The notes beneath the pieces were generated by a model. That model had not been told where the DNA came from. It saw only the letters and a list, made by a program, of their open reading frames with translations, and searched no databases. 64,000 nt of DNA, from assembly GCA_049510745.1 (NCBI GenBank), contig JBEKYR010000008.1, forward strand, positions 1 through 64,000, written 5' to 3'. This document shows, in pieces, positions 38,205 to 48,109 of this stretch. The DNA is from Verrucomicrobiota bacterium. GTDB lineage: Bacteria > Verrucomicrobiota > Verrucomicrobiia > Limisphaerales > Palsa-1400. The position numbers and the translations under genes were made by a program. How positions within the stretch are numbered: position 1 is the first letter of the stretch; every line of letters begins with the position of its first letter.

Positions 38205-39643
38205 TGCCCCGGCCCGCGCTATCCTTTCGCGACCCGGCGGGATGTTGTTGCGTTTTTGGCGGTGCGGTCTTGCGGTTCGTCGGAGCTGGGAACGTCGCTG
38301 AATTTGAGGGCTTCCTGAAAATACGCGCGGCGCGCGATTACGGCCGGCACCTTGTTTCCACTCGCCGGCTTACTGAAACGGAAATCGCCGCCCTTTCCGC
38401 GTCACCCGCCCTGAAATCCATTTTGGCGGCGCGGCCCGAGAGCGCGATCTTCGAGCATGAGCGCATTCCGTTTCCGAGTTATCCGCACGAATGGCCGCCG
38501 GAAATGCTCTGGGCCGCCGGGCGCCTGACCCTCGACCTGGCCACCGCCGCGCTGGCCGACGATTACGGACTGAAAGATGCGACGCCGCACAATGTTTTGT
38601 TTCGCGGCAGCGAGCCGGTTTTCATCGACGTGTCGTCCTTCGAGCGCCGCAATCCGGGCGATCCGATTTGGAAACCTCTCGCGCAGTTTATCCGCACGTT
38701 TCTTTTGCCCCTGCTGGCCAACCAGCGGTGGGGTGTGCGCCTGGCGGATGTGTTTATCACGCACCGCGACGGGCTTGAGCCGGAGGAGGTTTACCGCTTC
38801 TGCCGGCCGCTGGAGCGACTGCATCCAAGAATTCTGTCGCTCGTCTCAATGCCAACCTGGCTGTCGCGAAGAGCCAGTCCGGACGACCAGAAAATTTATC
38901 AGCACCGCATCCTGGCGGACACGGAAAAGGCGCGCTACATCATCGAGTCGGCCTTCAAGCGGCTGAGCCGCGTGCTGGACTCGCTCCGCCCGGCAACGCA
39001 AGAGAAATCAGCCTGGTCGGATTACATGGCCACGCACAGCTACACTGACCCGGCGTTTGCGGCGAAGGAAAAATTCGTGGATGAGGCGCTGGCCCAGTTC
39101 AAACCCAGGCGCGTGTTGGACGCGGGCGCGAATACGGGGCATTTCAGCACGCGGGCGGCGCAAGCCGGGGCGGAAGTTGTGGCGATTGACCTTGACCCGG
39201 TTTGCGTGGGCGAAATCTGGCGGAAAGCGCGCGAAAAGAAACTGGGCATTCTGCCCCTGGTGGTCGATTTGGCCCGTCCCAGCCCGTCGGTTGGCTGGCG
39301 AAACGACGAATGTCCATCGTTTCTTGACCGCGTCATGGGCGCCTTCGATGGCGTGTTGATGCTGGCGTTTGTGCATCATTTGCTGGTGGCGGAGCGCATT
39401 CCCCTGGAGGAGGTCTTGGGGCTTGCCGCGCAATTGACCACCTCGTTGCTGGTCATCGAATTCGTCGCGCCGCAGGATGCCATGTTCCGGCGGCTCACGC
39501 GCGGACGCGAGGAGTTGCACGCGGCGCTGGATGAAAAATGCTTCGAGCGAGCGTGCCTGGTCCATTTTGAAATCGTCAAGTCACTTGCGCTGCCGGGGAC
39601 CAAACGGACGATGTATTGTCTCAAAAAGAAAGGCATTGGTTGA
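38204..39643 (+). CDS. NoeA-like protein: kinase-like N-terminus + class I SAM methyltransferase
   Basis: SFRDPAG, SYPHEW, LKDATPHNV, FIDVSSF; VLDAGANTGHFS; LAFVHHL. Confidence 0.85.
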   Translation: MPRPALSFRDPAGCCCVFGGAVLRFVGAGNVAEFEGFLKIRAARDYGRHLVSTRRLTETEIAALSASPALKSILAARPESAIFEHERIPFPSYPHEWPPEMLWAAGRLTLDLATAALADDYGLKDATPHNVLFRGSEPVFIDVSSFERRNPGDPIWKPLAQFIRTFLLPLLANQRWGVRLADVFITHRDGLEPEEVYRFCRPLERLHPRILSLVSMPTWLSRRASPDDQKIYQHRILADTEKARYIIESAFKRLSRVLDSLRPATQEKSAWSDYMATHSYTDPAFAAKEKFVDEALAQFKPRRVLDAGANTGHFSTRAAQAGAEVVAIDLDPVCVGEIWRKAREKKLGILPLVVDLARPSPSVGWRNDECPSFLDRVMGAFDGVLMLAFVHHLLVAERIPLEEVLGLAAQLTTSLLVIEFVAPQDAMFRRLTRGREELHAALDEKCFERACLVHFEIVKSLALPGTKRTMYCLKKKGIG

Positions 39644-41241
39644 ACCAGCCGCCCAATAATGCGCCCGCCCCGGGAGATTCCGAGGTTCCGGCTCTGCTTT
39701 CGTTCTCGCGCAAGCGGAGAATCAAGGAGGGGATCGTGGCTCTCTCGGTGGCCAACTGCTGTTTTGTCCGGGCGTGGTTCGACCTGCTTTTTGATGCCAA
39801 CCGTTACTTCAACAAGCTGCCCGTGCTGCGGGTGGAACTTTTGGCTTTGGCCGTGAATCTTTCTGGATTCGCGTTGTTGGTGTGGTTGGGCATGGCGGTG
39901 CGCAGACGTTTCCCAAGGGGGTTGCCGCGTCTGGTGTTGGATCTGTCATTCTTGAGTTTGCTGATCTTTCCGGCGGATTTTATCCGGGTGCAATACCTCA
40001 ATTGGACCGACAGCGAGCTGGTAGGTTTTTTGAAACAGCCGGCGGTGATGCTTTGCCTTCTGGCCCTTGCGGCCTTGCTCATATGGAAACACCGTCCGGC
40101 CGCGCTCGCCGTGGCCGTCGTCACGGGCATAACGTTTCCGCTGGCGCTTTTCATCGCCGCCAAAATCATTCTCCTCTGCCTCAACGTGATTCCTGTGAAG
40201 GAATGCATTTCTTCCCCCCCGCCAACGCCGCTTCTCCCCGTCCGGCAGGGACAGCCGCGGGTGGTGTGGATTATATTTGACGAAACGGATTACCGTCTGA
40301 CTTTCGATCAGCGGCCCGCCGGCCTGGAGTTGCCCGAATTCGACCGCTTCCGAAAAGAGTCATTGTGCGCCGACAAGGCCTATCCGCCCGGCGACAATAC
40401 ACTCTTATCCATGCCCGCCTTGATTTCAGGGCGGCGTCTTTCCGCCGTGGCCCAGGACGGCTGCGATCTCTCGCTCACCCGGAGCGACACGGGCGCGAGC
40501 GCGGAGTGGAGCGCGTTGCCGTCGGTCTTTTCGCAGGCGCGTGAACTGGGCCTTAATACGGCGCTCGTGGGGTGGTATCATCCCTATTCGCGCCTGCTCG
40601 GCGGGAGCCTCAATTATTGCTCCTGGTATGCCTTCCCGGCCTTCGAACCCGCGCGGGCGACGACTTTTGGCGGGGCAATCCGGCAACAGATCGCTTCCCT
40701 GGCGGGGCCTTTTCACGTGCGGCAACTCTTCATCGACATCTGCAAGGATAGTTTGAAAGAGGCTGTCTCCCTGGTGGCTGATCCGACTTACGGCTTGATT
40801 CTTCTTCACTTGCCGCCACCGCATGGGCCGGGTGTTTATTTGCCGGACAAGAACGAGTTCACACGGAGGGGCCTTCCCCAGCCCGCCAGCTATTTAAATA
40901 ATCTCGTGCTGGCGGATCACGAACTGGGCGCATTGCGACGGGCCATTGCAACGTCCGGCCAACAGGCCGACACCTGGGTCATCCTCAGCGCCGACCATTC
41001 ATGGCGGAACTCGAAAGTCTATGATGGGCGGCGGGACTATCGAGTGCCTTTCCTGGTCAAAGGCCCGGGTGATGGCGCGCCCCTGACCTACTCACGCCAG
41101 TTCAACACCGTCCTGACATCTGACTTGATTCTTGCCATTCTCCGCGGTGAGATTACCAATGAATCAAAGACCGCAACCTGGCTGGACGCTCACGGCAAAC
41201 CGGAGTTGCCTGTGGGCAACACCGGTGAAAGGTCTGACTGA
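39640..41241 (+). CDS. Membrane-anchored sulfatase/alkaline-phosphatase superfamily protein
   Basis: About 5 N-terminal TM helices; VVWIIFDE, NTLLSMP, HLPPPH, SADHSW, VPFLVK; start uncertain. Confidence 0.8.
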   Translation: MNQPPNNAPAPGDSEVPALLSFSRKRRIKEGIVALSVANCCFVRAWFDLLFDANRYFNKLPVLRVELLALAVNLSGFALLVWLGMAVRRRFPRGLPRLVLDLSFLSLLIFPADFIRVQYLNWTDSELVGFLKQPAVMLCLLALAALLIWKHRPAALAVAVVTGITFPLALFIAAKIILLCLNVIPVKECISSPPPTPLLPVRQGQPRVVWIIFDETDYRLTFDQRPAGLELPEFDRFRKESLCADKAYPPGDNTLLSMPALISGRRLSAVAQDGCDLSLTRSDTGASAEWSALPSVFSQARELGLNTALVGWYHPYSRLLGGSLNYCSWYAFPAFEPARATTFGGAIRQQIASLAGPFHVRQLFIDICKDSLKEAVSLVADPTYGLILLHLPPPHGPGVYLPDKNEFTRRGLPQPASYLNNLVLADHELGALRRAIATSGQQADTWVILSADHSWRNSKVYDGRRDYRVPFLVKGPGDGAPLTYSRQFNTVLTSDLILAILRGEITNESKTATWLDAHGKPELPVGNTGERSD

Positions 41242-41263
41242 TGCTTTGCGTCTAACTTTCTCT

Positions 41264-43957
41264 ATGAGACTCATCGTCCCGGCCTCCCGAATTTCAGTCC
41301 CGGCCCTCTTCGTCCTTGCGATCCTGACGGCGGCGTGTCCGCTGGCAGCGTCGCCCGACGAGGATTTTGCCGGCTCCTCCGACAAGGTGGGGCTCAACGG
41401 CGCGGGTCGGTTTGAGACACCGGTCAATCAAATGCTTGCGCCGGCCGGCCTCCAGGTTGAGCTGCCCGGCATGAGGCCGCAGGCCCTGGCGCTCAGCCCC
41501 GACAAACGGCTCCTCATCACGGCGGGCCAAACGCACGAACTGGTTGTTCTTGATCCCGCGTCCGGCCAAATCCTCCAGCGTGTCCCGTTCCCGGATACGG
41601 AAAAGAATCAACCGCAAGGACCCGTTTCCGCAGCCGAGCTGGGGCCGGATTTGAAAGCCCAAATCAGCTTCACCGGACTGGCCTTTTCGCCGGACGGCTC
41701 CCGCGTGTATATGGCGAACGTCAACGGAGACGTCAAAGTCTTCGCCGTGCAACAGGACCATAGGGTGCAGGGACTCTTTTCCATCGCGCTCCCGACGGAC
41801 AAAGGGCACGCGCGCGCGGCTGAAATCCCGTCGGGCCTCGCCGTTTCGGCGGACGGCAAACGGCTTTACGTTGTGCTCAATCTCTCAAATCGGCTGGCCG
41901 AATTGGACGCCGAGACGGGCCGCGTCCTGCGGCTTTGGGACGTGGGCGTCGAACCTTACGACGTTGTGCTGTCTCCGTCCAAGGCGTATGTGAGCAACTG
42001 GGGCGGACGCAGACCGGATGCGAACAGCATCACCGGTCCCGCCGGGCTGGGGCAACGGGTGCGGGTCGATCCGATCCGCCGCGTCCCCAGCGAAGGGTCC
42101 GTTTCAATCATCAAGCTCCATTCGGACGCGCCTCCGGCGGAGATTCTCACCGGGCTGCACGCTTCGGCCCTGGCGCTCTCTCCCAACGGACGATTCCTGG
42201 TCGTGGCCAACGCGGGCAGCGACACTCTGAGTTTCATCGACACCCGCACGGATGAAATCGCGGAGACCATTTCCGCCCGGCAGAACCCCGGCGATTTGCT
42301 CGGCGCCCAGCCCGACGCGGCGGCCTTCGACGAGACGGGGAAAACGCTTTTCGTGTGCAACGGAACGCAGAACGCGGTGGCGCTCTTCCATTTTGAGCCT
42401 GGAAAATCCAAGCTGCTCGGGTTGGCGCCGGTGGGCTGGTTCCCCGGCGCGATTGTTTACGACGCCAGACAGAAATCCATTGACGTGGCGAACCTCAAGG
42501 GTGTCAAGGAATACCCCGCCAATAACGGCGACCGGGCGCAATTCAATTCGACGCGCTGGCACGGGTCGCTCTCGCTGGTGCCCGTGCCGGACGCGCCCTC
42601 GCTGGAGACGCTGACCCGAACGGCCCTGGCCGCCATCCGTTTCCCCCTGCTGACCCAGGCCAGGCTGCCGGCGCGGCCCGATCAAGCGCCGCGCCCCGTC
42701 CCCGCGCGGGCCGGCGAGCCGAGCCTCATCCAGCATGTCATATATATCATCAAGGAAAACCGGACTTACGATCAGGTGCTGGGCGACGTGAAAGAGGGCA
42801 ACGGCGATCCTTCTCTTTGCTCGTTCGGCGGGCAGATCACCCCCAACCAACACAAACTCGTCCATGAGTTCGTCCTGCTCGACAACACTTATTGCTGCGG
42901 CAGCCGCAGTCCCGACGGCCATCAATGGGCCGACAGTGCCATCGCGACGGATTACATGGAGAGAATTTATGCCGGCTTTCCCCGCAGTTACCCCTTCGGC
43001 GGCGAGGCGGGCGGCGAGGACGCCATGGCCTATTCGCCCGCCGGTTTTATTTGGGACGACGCCATTGCGCACGGCAAATCATTGCGCGACTACGGCGAGT
43101 ACACCGACGCCCACAAACAGTGGAACGATCCGGCGCGCAAAGGCAGTCCGTCATTCCTCGATCTTTACCGGGAATGGACGGAGGGGACCAAGACCATCTC
43201 GCTCTGGAGCACGCCGAACATCGAATCCTTGCGCGATTACGTCGCCACGAACACGATCGGCTGGGATTTGGACGTGCCCGATGTCTTCCGGGCCGCTCAA
43301 TTCATCAACGACCTCAAGGAATTCGAGACCACGGGCCATTTCCCGGCCCTGGTCATCATCTCGCTGCCCAACGATCACACCAGCGGCGCCAGGCCCAATT
43401 CGCCGACGCCGGCTGCGCAGGTGGCGGACAACGATCTCGCCTTGGGCAGGATTGTCCAAGCTGTCAGCCACAGCCCGTTTTGGAAGGACACCTGCCTCTT
43501 TGCCATCGAAGACGATCCGCAATCCGGATGGGACCACGTCAGCGGGTATCGCACCACGGCGTACGTGGCGAGCGCCTTCGCCAAACGAGGGCAGGTGGTC
43601 AGCACGCAATACAACCAGACCAGCATCCTGCGCACGATCGAACTGATGCTGGGGCTGCCGCCGATGAATCAAATGGACGCCACCGCGACCCCAATGTTTG
43701 ACTGTTTCATGGACACCCCCGATCTGACGCCATTCGAGGCGGTGCCGAACACCGTGCCGCTGGACCAGATGAATCCGGCGCCCAAGAGGATTTCCGACCG
43801 TCTCCTGCGCAAGGACGCCTATGTCTCGGCGCGGCTGCCGCTGGGCAAGCCGGACCAGTGCCCGGACGATTTGCTCAACCGCATTCTCTGGCGCGCGACC
43901 AAAGGCCCGCGAACCCCGTATCCGGATTGGGCGGTCAAAGCGGGCGATGATGATTGA
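41264..43957 (+). CDS. YVTN/YncE beta-propeller + phosphoesterase domain protein
   Basis: Signal peptide; propeller blades (SPDG..., YVSNWGG, VGWFP); IKENRTYDQVLGD, LPNDHT, EDDPQSGWDHV. Confidence 0.9.
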   Translation: MRLIVPASRISVPALFVLAILTAACPLAASPDEDFAGSSDKVGLNGAGRFETPVNQMLAPAGLQVELPGMRPQALALSPDKRLLITAGQTHELVVLDPASGQILQRVPFPDTEKNQPQGPVSAAELGPDLKAQISFTGLAFSPDGSRVYMANVNGDVKVFAVQQDHRVQGLFSIALPTDKGHARAAEIPSGLAVSADGKRLYVVLNLSNRLAELDAETGRVLRLWDVGVEPYDVVLSPSKAYVSNWGGRRPDANSITGPAGLGQRVRVDPIRRVPSEGSVSIIKLHSDAPPAEILTGLHASALALSPNGRFLVVANAGSDTLSFIDTRTDEIAETISARQNPGDLLGAQPDAAAFDETGKTLFVCNGTQNAVALFHFEPGKSKLLGLAPVGWFPGAIVYDARQKSIDVANLKGVKEYPANNGDRAQFNSTRWHGSLSLVPVPDAPSLETLTRTALAAIRFPLLTQARLPARPDQAPRPVPARAGEPSLIQHVIYIIKENRTYDQVLGDVKEGNGDPSLCSFGGQITPNQHKLVHEFVLLDNTYCCGSRSPDGHQWADSAIATDYMERIYAGFPRSYPFGGEAGGEDAMAYSPAGFIWDDAIAHGKSLRDYGEYTDAHKQWNDPARKGSPSFLDLYREWTEGTKTISLWSTPNIESLRDYVATNTIGWDLDVPDVFRAAQFINDLKEFETTGHFPALVIISLPNDHTSGARPNSPTPAAQVADNDLALGRIVQAVSHSPFWKDTCLFAIEDDPQSGWDHVSGYRTTAYVASAFAKRGQVVSTQYNQTSILRTIELMLGLPPMNQMDATATPMFDCFMDTPDLTPFEAVPNTVPLDQMNPAPKRISDRLLRKDAYVSARLPLGKPDQCPDDLLNRILWRATKGPRTPYPDWAVKAGDDD

Positions 43958-44069
43958 GAACCAGGCTTCCGCGCCGCCGGTGTCCTGTTTTGAAATCAAG
44001 GCGGCAAGACGACCGTGAGTTTATGCTTGGTCAGGGCTGCATACCCCTTGCTTTTCAAACTTCGAAGTT

Positions 44070-44225
44070 CCGCGATTTACCGCGATTCACCGCGATTTAG
44101 CACGATTTGGCGGGGGAAAGGATCAAGCATGGTTCATCAATCGTGGCCGAGATTTTCTTTTTTTGGCACGATTCGGCACGATTTGGCACGATTTACCGCG
44201 ATTCACCGCGAATTCCCGCGATTCG
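44070..44225. repeat. Two blocks of degenerate 10-bp tandem repeats (consensus SCRCGATTYR)
   Basis: 4 units at 44070-44109 and 6 units at 44166-44225. Confidence 0.85.
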
Positions 44226-44672
44226 CCATGCGGCGGTCGTAAATGACGGCATTGCCGGCGGCATCGGGTTCCGTCCTGCGGCGAGTGAACAGGACCGCTG
44301 CCCGGCGACCGCGCTTTATGTCAAAGAGCGAGCACTCGCACGTCGCGAATATGACACAGAATTGTGCCTTTGCAAGTCTTTTTGTTTAGTAATTCAGGGC
44401 CGGGAGTGATGGCCGGGAAAGGCCGCTTCCGCCGCGGCAAGGCTTCCGCCTTCGTTAAAACTGTGGTGGGCAAGTTGGCGGACAAGACGGCGGGCAAAGC
44501 AGGCGGCATCGCCGGACAAGCTCGCGCCAGAGACACCCGATAACCTGGTGAAGGACGCGCCTCATAATCCGGCGCAGGCGGATGGGCTGGCGTATTCATT
44601 TGAATGGCGCCGCCGCACTCGGTATAAGAGAACGTATGGCAGAGACCAACTACACCAAGCCGTCGGGTGTCC

Positions 44673-44780
44673 GCGCTGCTGCCGAAGCAGCTGTCGGGCG
44701 AGTTGCGCGTGGCGGCGCAAATGCTACGGCAGGCAGGCGTGCCAGCCGCTTTACAAAAATTTGAGGAGGGAAAAACATGA
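44673..44780 (+). pseudogene. hsdS: C-terminal remnant of type I R-M specificity subunit
   Basis: ALLPKQLSGELRV resembles the HsdS terminal motif LLPKLLSGELRV; TGA overlaps the rhuM ATG. Confidence 0.65.
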
Positions 44781-45802
44781 ACCAATCCTCCTCCCCTCTT
44801 CCCGCGCGCGCCGGGGGCAAGTTCGTGCTCTACACCGCGCCGGACGGGGCGGTGAAGGTGGAGGTGTTTTTCCGGGACGAAACGGTCTGGCTGACCCAAA
44901 AGGCGCTGGGGGAACTGTTCGGCGTTAAGCGCCCGGCCATCACAAAGCACTTGCTGAACATCTTCTCCACCGGGGAACTGGCCGAGGAATCAGTATGTTC
45001 CATTTTGGAACATACTGCCGGGGATGGAAAAACTTACTCCGCCAAATATTACAATCTCGATGCCATCATCGCCGTAGGCTACCGGGTGAACAGCTATCAG
45101 GCCACGCAGTTTCGCATCTGGGCCACGAAGACGCTGCGTGAGTTCATCGTCAAGGGTTTCGTGCTGGACGACGAACGGTTGAAACAAGGCAAGCAGGTTT
45201 TCGGCAAAGATTATTTCGATGAGTTGCTGGAGCGCATCCGGGAAATCCGGGCCAGCGAGCGGCGGTTTTACCAGAAGATCACGGACCTCTATGCGCTGGC
45301 GGTGGACTACGATCCGAACGCGCCGGTGACCCAGGGGTTTTTCGCCACGGTGCAAAACAAGCTGCATTGGGCCATCACCGGGCAGACGGCGGCGGAATTG
45401 ATTTACGCCACCGCCGACGCGACGGAGATTTACATGGGGCTGACGACTTGGAAGCACGCGCCGCGCGGAAAGATTTTGAAGTCCGACGTGACGGTGGCGA
45501 AAAATTACTTGAGCGAGGCGCACGTCAAGGAGTTGAACCGGATTGTTTCGGCGTATCTGGACCTGGCGGAAAACCGCGCCCAGCGGGGCATCGTCACACG
45601 GATGGCGGAATGGGTCACGTTTTTGAACCGCTTCCTGGAGTTGTCGAACTATCCGATTTTGCGGGACAAAGGCAAGGTCAGCACGCTGGAGGCGAAGCTC
45701 AAAGCGGAAGGCGAATACGAGGTCTATCGCCAGCGGCAGGACGCGGAATACATCTCGGACTTCGACCGGGAGATCAAACGCATCGAGGGAAAAAAACCGT
45801 GA
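44777..45802 (+). CDS. rhuM: Virulence RhuM family protein
   Basis: ETVWLTQK, YYNLDAIIAVGYRVNS, ATQFRIWAT, DYFDELLERIREIRASERRFYQK. Confidence 0.93.
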   Translation: MNQSSSPLPARAGGKFVLYTAPDGAVKVEVFFRDETVWLTQKALGELFGVKRPAITKHLLNIFSTGELAEESVCSILEHTAGDGKTYSAKYYNLDAIIAVGYRVNSYQATQFRIWATKTLREFIVKGFVLDDERLKQGKQVFGKDYFDELLERIREIRASERRFYQKITDLYALAVDYDPNAPVTQGFFATVQNKLHWAITGQTAAELIYATADATEIYMGLTTWKHAPRGKILKSDVTVAKNYLSEAHVKELNRIVSAYLDLAENRAQRGIVTRMAEWVTFLNRFLELSNYPILRDKGKVSTLEAKLKAEGEYEVYRQRQDAEYISDFDREIKRIEGKKP

Positions 45803-46023
45803 GCAACATCAACGAATCCGTCGTCGAAGAAGTTGCGCTCGGCTGGCTGAGAGGTTTCGGCTACGAAGTTTTGTCCGGGTTGGTGATTGCGCCGGGGGAG
45901 CCGGCGGCGGAACGTTCAGATTACAAGCAGGTTCTTCTTTTCGACCGGTTGCAAACGAAGCTGGAGGATTTGAATCCCGAATTAATATGCGCGGATGTGG
46001 CTGACATGGATAGTGCCGCGTGA
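45799..46023 (+). pseudogene. hsdR: Truncated N-terminus of type I restriction subunit R
   Basis: INESVVEEVALGWLRGFGYE...APGEPAAERSDYKQVLLFDRL...LNP, then unrelated tail and stop. Confidence 0.8.
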
Positions 46024-46057
46024 CGGAACACTGACATGATTCGTTCTTTTAAGCGGC

Positions 46058-48109
46058 TCAATTTGCGGCGGGCTTGGCGGCGGCGGGCGGCGCGGTCTGT
46101 TCCAAGGGCAGGGAAATGCGCACCAGGCCGGGGAAACCGACGCGCGGGGGCGGGATTTCCATTTTGCCCGAGTGGGTCTGGATGATCTTGCTGGTCACGG
46201 CCAACCCCAGCCCCAGGCCGACTTTGCGCGTGGTGAAAAACGGCTCGGAGGCCTTGCCCGCCGCCTCGGCGCTGAAGCCGGTGCCGCTGTCCTGCACTTC
46301 GATCTGCGCCCAGCGCGAGCCGCTCGAATCGGTTTCCGACCGGGTCCGCACCTGGACCTGGCAGGAAGAGGTGTTGGCCTGGAGGGCGTTGAGGATGATT
46401 TCGGCAAAGGCATGTTGCAGACCCAGGCGGTCGCAGGAAATGCTCAACGGTTCGCCCAAGGACTCGTACTGCAAGAGGACGGTGGCCGAGGAATGATAGG
46501 CCCGCGCCTCGCGGAAGGCCTCCTCAATTAATTGTTTGACAGGAACGGATTCCATCTGGCTGACGTGGTCGCGGGCCAGAAACCGCATCTGATCGACCAG
46601 CCGGCTGACCCGTTTGACGCTGTCTTCCATGGCCGCCGCCAGCGACTGCTGGAATTCCGGGTCCGCCCCGCGTTCGGGCAACAGTTGGTGGTGGGTGGAG
46701 AGCGGGACGACGGCGTTGCCAATCTCGTGCGCGAGCCGTTCGGCCATTTGTTGCACCAGGCGCAGATTGGCCGTCTCGATTTCCAAGTGGCGCAGGCGGT
46801 CTGTCGCCGTGCAATCTTCCACCACCATCAGCACCGCCGTGGGCGTGGGCGACTTTTCCTGGCGGAAGGGCGTGATGGCGATTTGGTAGGAGCGCTCGGC
46901 CTGCTCCGGCGGATGAAACTTGAACTCGGAGATGGGCTTGCCGGTTTTGAGCACTTCAAAAACCTTGCTGCCGACGACCTGGGGCAGGTCGTTGAAATCG
47001 AACGCCCCGGCCGGGCGGTCGGTTCGCGGGAAACAAGCCCGCGCCATCTCGTTGGCATGCAGCACGTTCAACTCGCGTCCGATGACCACGCACCCCGTTT
47101 TGATGTGGCGCAAGATGTCGAACATCATTTCGTGCCGGGCGGCCACCTGGTCGTGCCACCAGATGTTCTTGATGGCCAGACCCAACTGTTCGAGCAAATG
47201 AAAGATCAGCGCCAGTTCGTTATTGCCCATCGGCTCTCCCGTCACCCGTTCGTCGAACACCGCCACCCCGACGAGCGATTCGCGGTCCAGCACCGGGATG
47301 GCGATGCGCGCCCCCAGCAAATCAAATTCCCGCTGCATCAACGGGTCCCGTTCCACCTCTTCGCTCTCCCGCCGCAGCACGCGTCCGGTGCGAAAGACGT
47401 GGCCGCCCAGGCCCGTGTCCAGCGACAATTCCAGGTGTTCCAGCACGCCGCTGGAAAGGCCAATGGCGCACCCCGGATACAACCGCTCCGAGCGGCCCGC
47501 CTTCCCCGCATCCCCCGGCGCGCGCGGCGCCTGCCGGAGAAAAATCGCCGCGCGGTTGACCCCCAGGATTTCGCGCAACAGCAGCAGAAACTCCCTGAGC
47601 AGCGCCTCCGCGCAGAGGCTGTGGCAAAGGATGGACGAATAATTGCGCAGCAACTCCAGCATGCGGCCGGCCAGCAAATCCCCTTCCGGCGCCCGCGGCT
47701 TCTCCATCCGGGGCCGCGCCGGCGCGGCCGGGGCCGCTTCCGCCGGGAGCCGGGCGGCGAAGAGACGGTCGAGGAGGGAATTGAGCAGGCGGCCCCGCAC
47801 CGGCTTGCTTAAAATGTAATTGACTCCAAGCAGATAGGCCTCTTCCTCCCAGTTCCACTGCGCCTCCGACGCATAGAGGATCATCGGGCACAGCGGCAGC
47901 ACCCGCCGCAAACGCTCGATGCCGCGGATCGGTTCCACCGTCGTCAGGTCCGCGTCGAACACGCACGCGTCGATCGACGCGGCCGTCAGGCGCAATTCAT
48001 CCTCGCGCAGCTCGCTGTGCTCGATGACGCGATAGCGGGTGGTGTCGAGCGCCGCGCGGACGGCGGCGGCCAGGGCGGGATTGGGGGCGATGACCAGCAA
48101 GGTTTTCAT
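46058..48109 (-). CDS. Histidine kinase: degenerate receiver + GAF + PAS-like + HisKA/HATPase
   Basis: VFD...SKP receiver lacking the first acidic pair; LAHEIGN, NALQA, DSGTGF, FFTT, GLGLGL. Confidence 0.9.
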   Translation of the reverse strand: MKTLLVIAPNPALAAAVRAALDTTRYRVIEHSELREDELRLTAASIDACVFDADLTTVEPIRGIERLRRVLPLCPMILYASEAQWNWEEEAYLLGVNYILSKPVRGRLLNSLLDRLFAARLPAEAAPAAPARPRMEKPRAPEGDLLAGRMLELLRNYSSILCHSLCAEALLREFLLLLREILGVNRAAIFLRQAPRAPGDAGKAGRSERLYPGCAIGLSSGVLEHLELSLDTGLGGHVFRTGRVLRRESEEVERDPLMQREFDLLGARIAIPVLDRESLVGVAVFDERVTGEPMGNNELALIFHLLEQLGLAIKNIWWHDQVAARHEMMFDILRHIKTGCVVIGRELNVLHANEMARACFPRTDRPAGAFDFNDLPQVVGSKVFEVLKTGKPISEFKFHPPEQAERSYQIAITPFRQEKSPTPTAVLMVVEDCTATDRLRHLEIETANLRLVQQMAERLAHEIGNAVVPLSTHHQLLPERGADPEFQQSLAAAMEDSVKRVSRLVDQMRFLARDHVSQMESVPVKQLIEEAFREARAYHSSATVLLQYESLGEPLSISCDRLGLQHAFAEIILNALQANTSSCQVQVRTRSETDSSGSRWAQIEVQDSGTGFSAEAAGKASEPFFTTRKVGLGLGLAVTSKIIQTHSGKMEIPPPRVGFPGLVRISLPLEQTAPPAAAKPAAN

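Noticed and set aside
44420..44490. CTTCCGCCTTCG...GGCGGACAAG as a REP element
   Set aside because: A single degenerate instance with imperfect pairing; cannot be supported without genome-wide counts.
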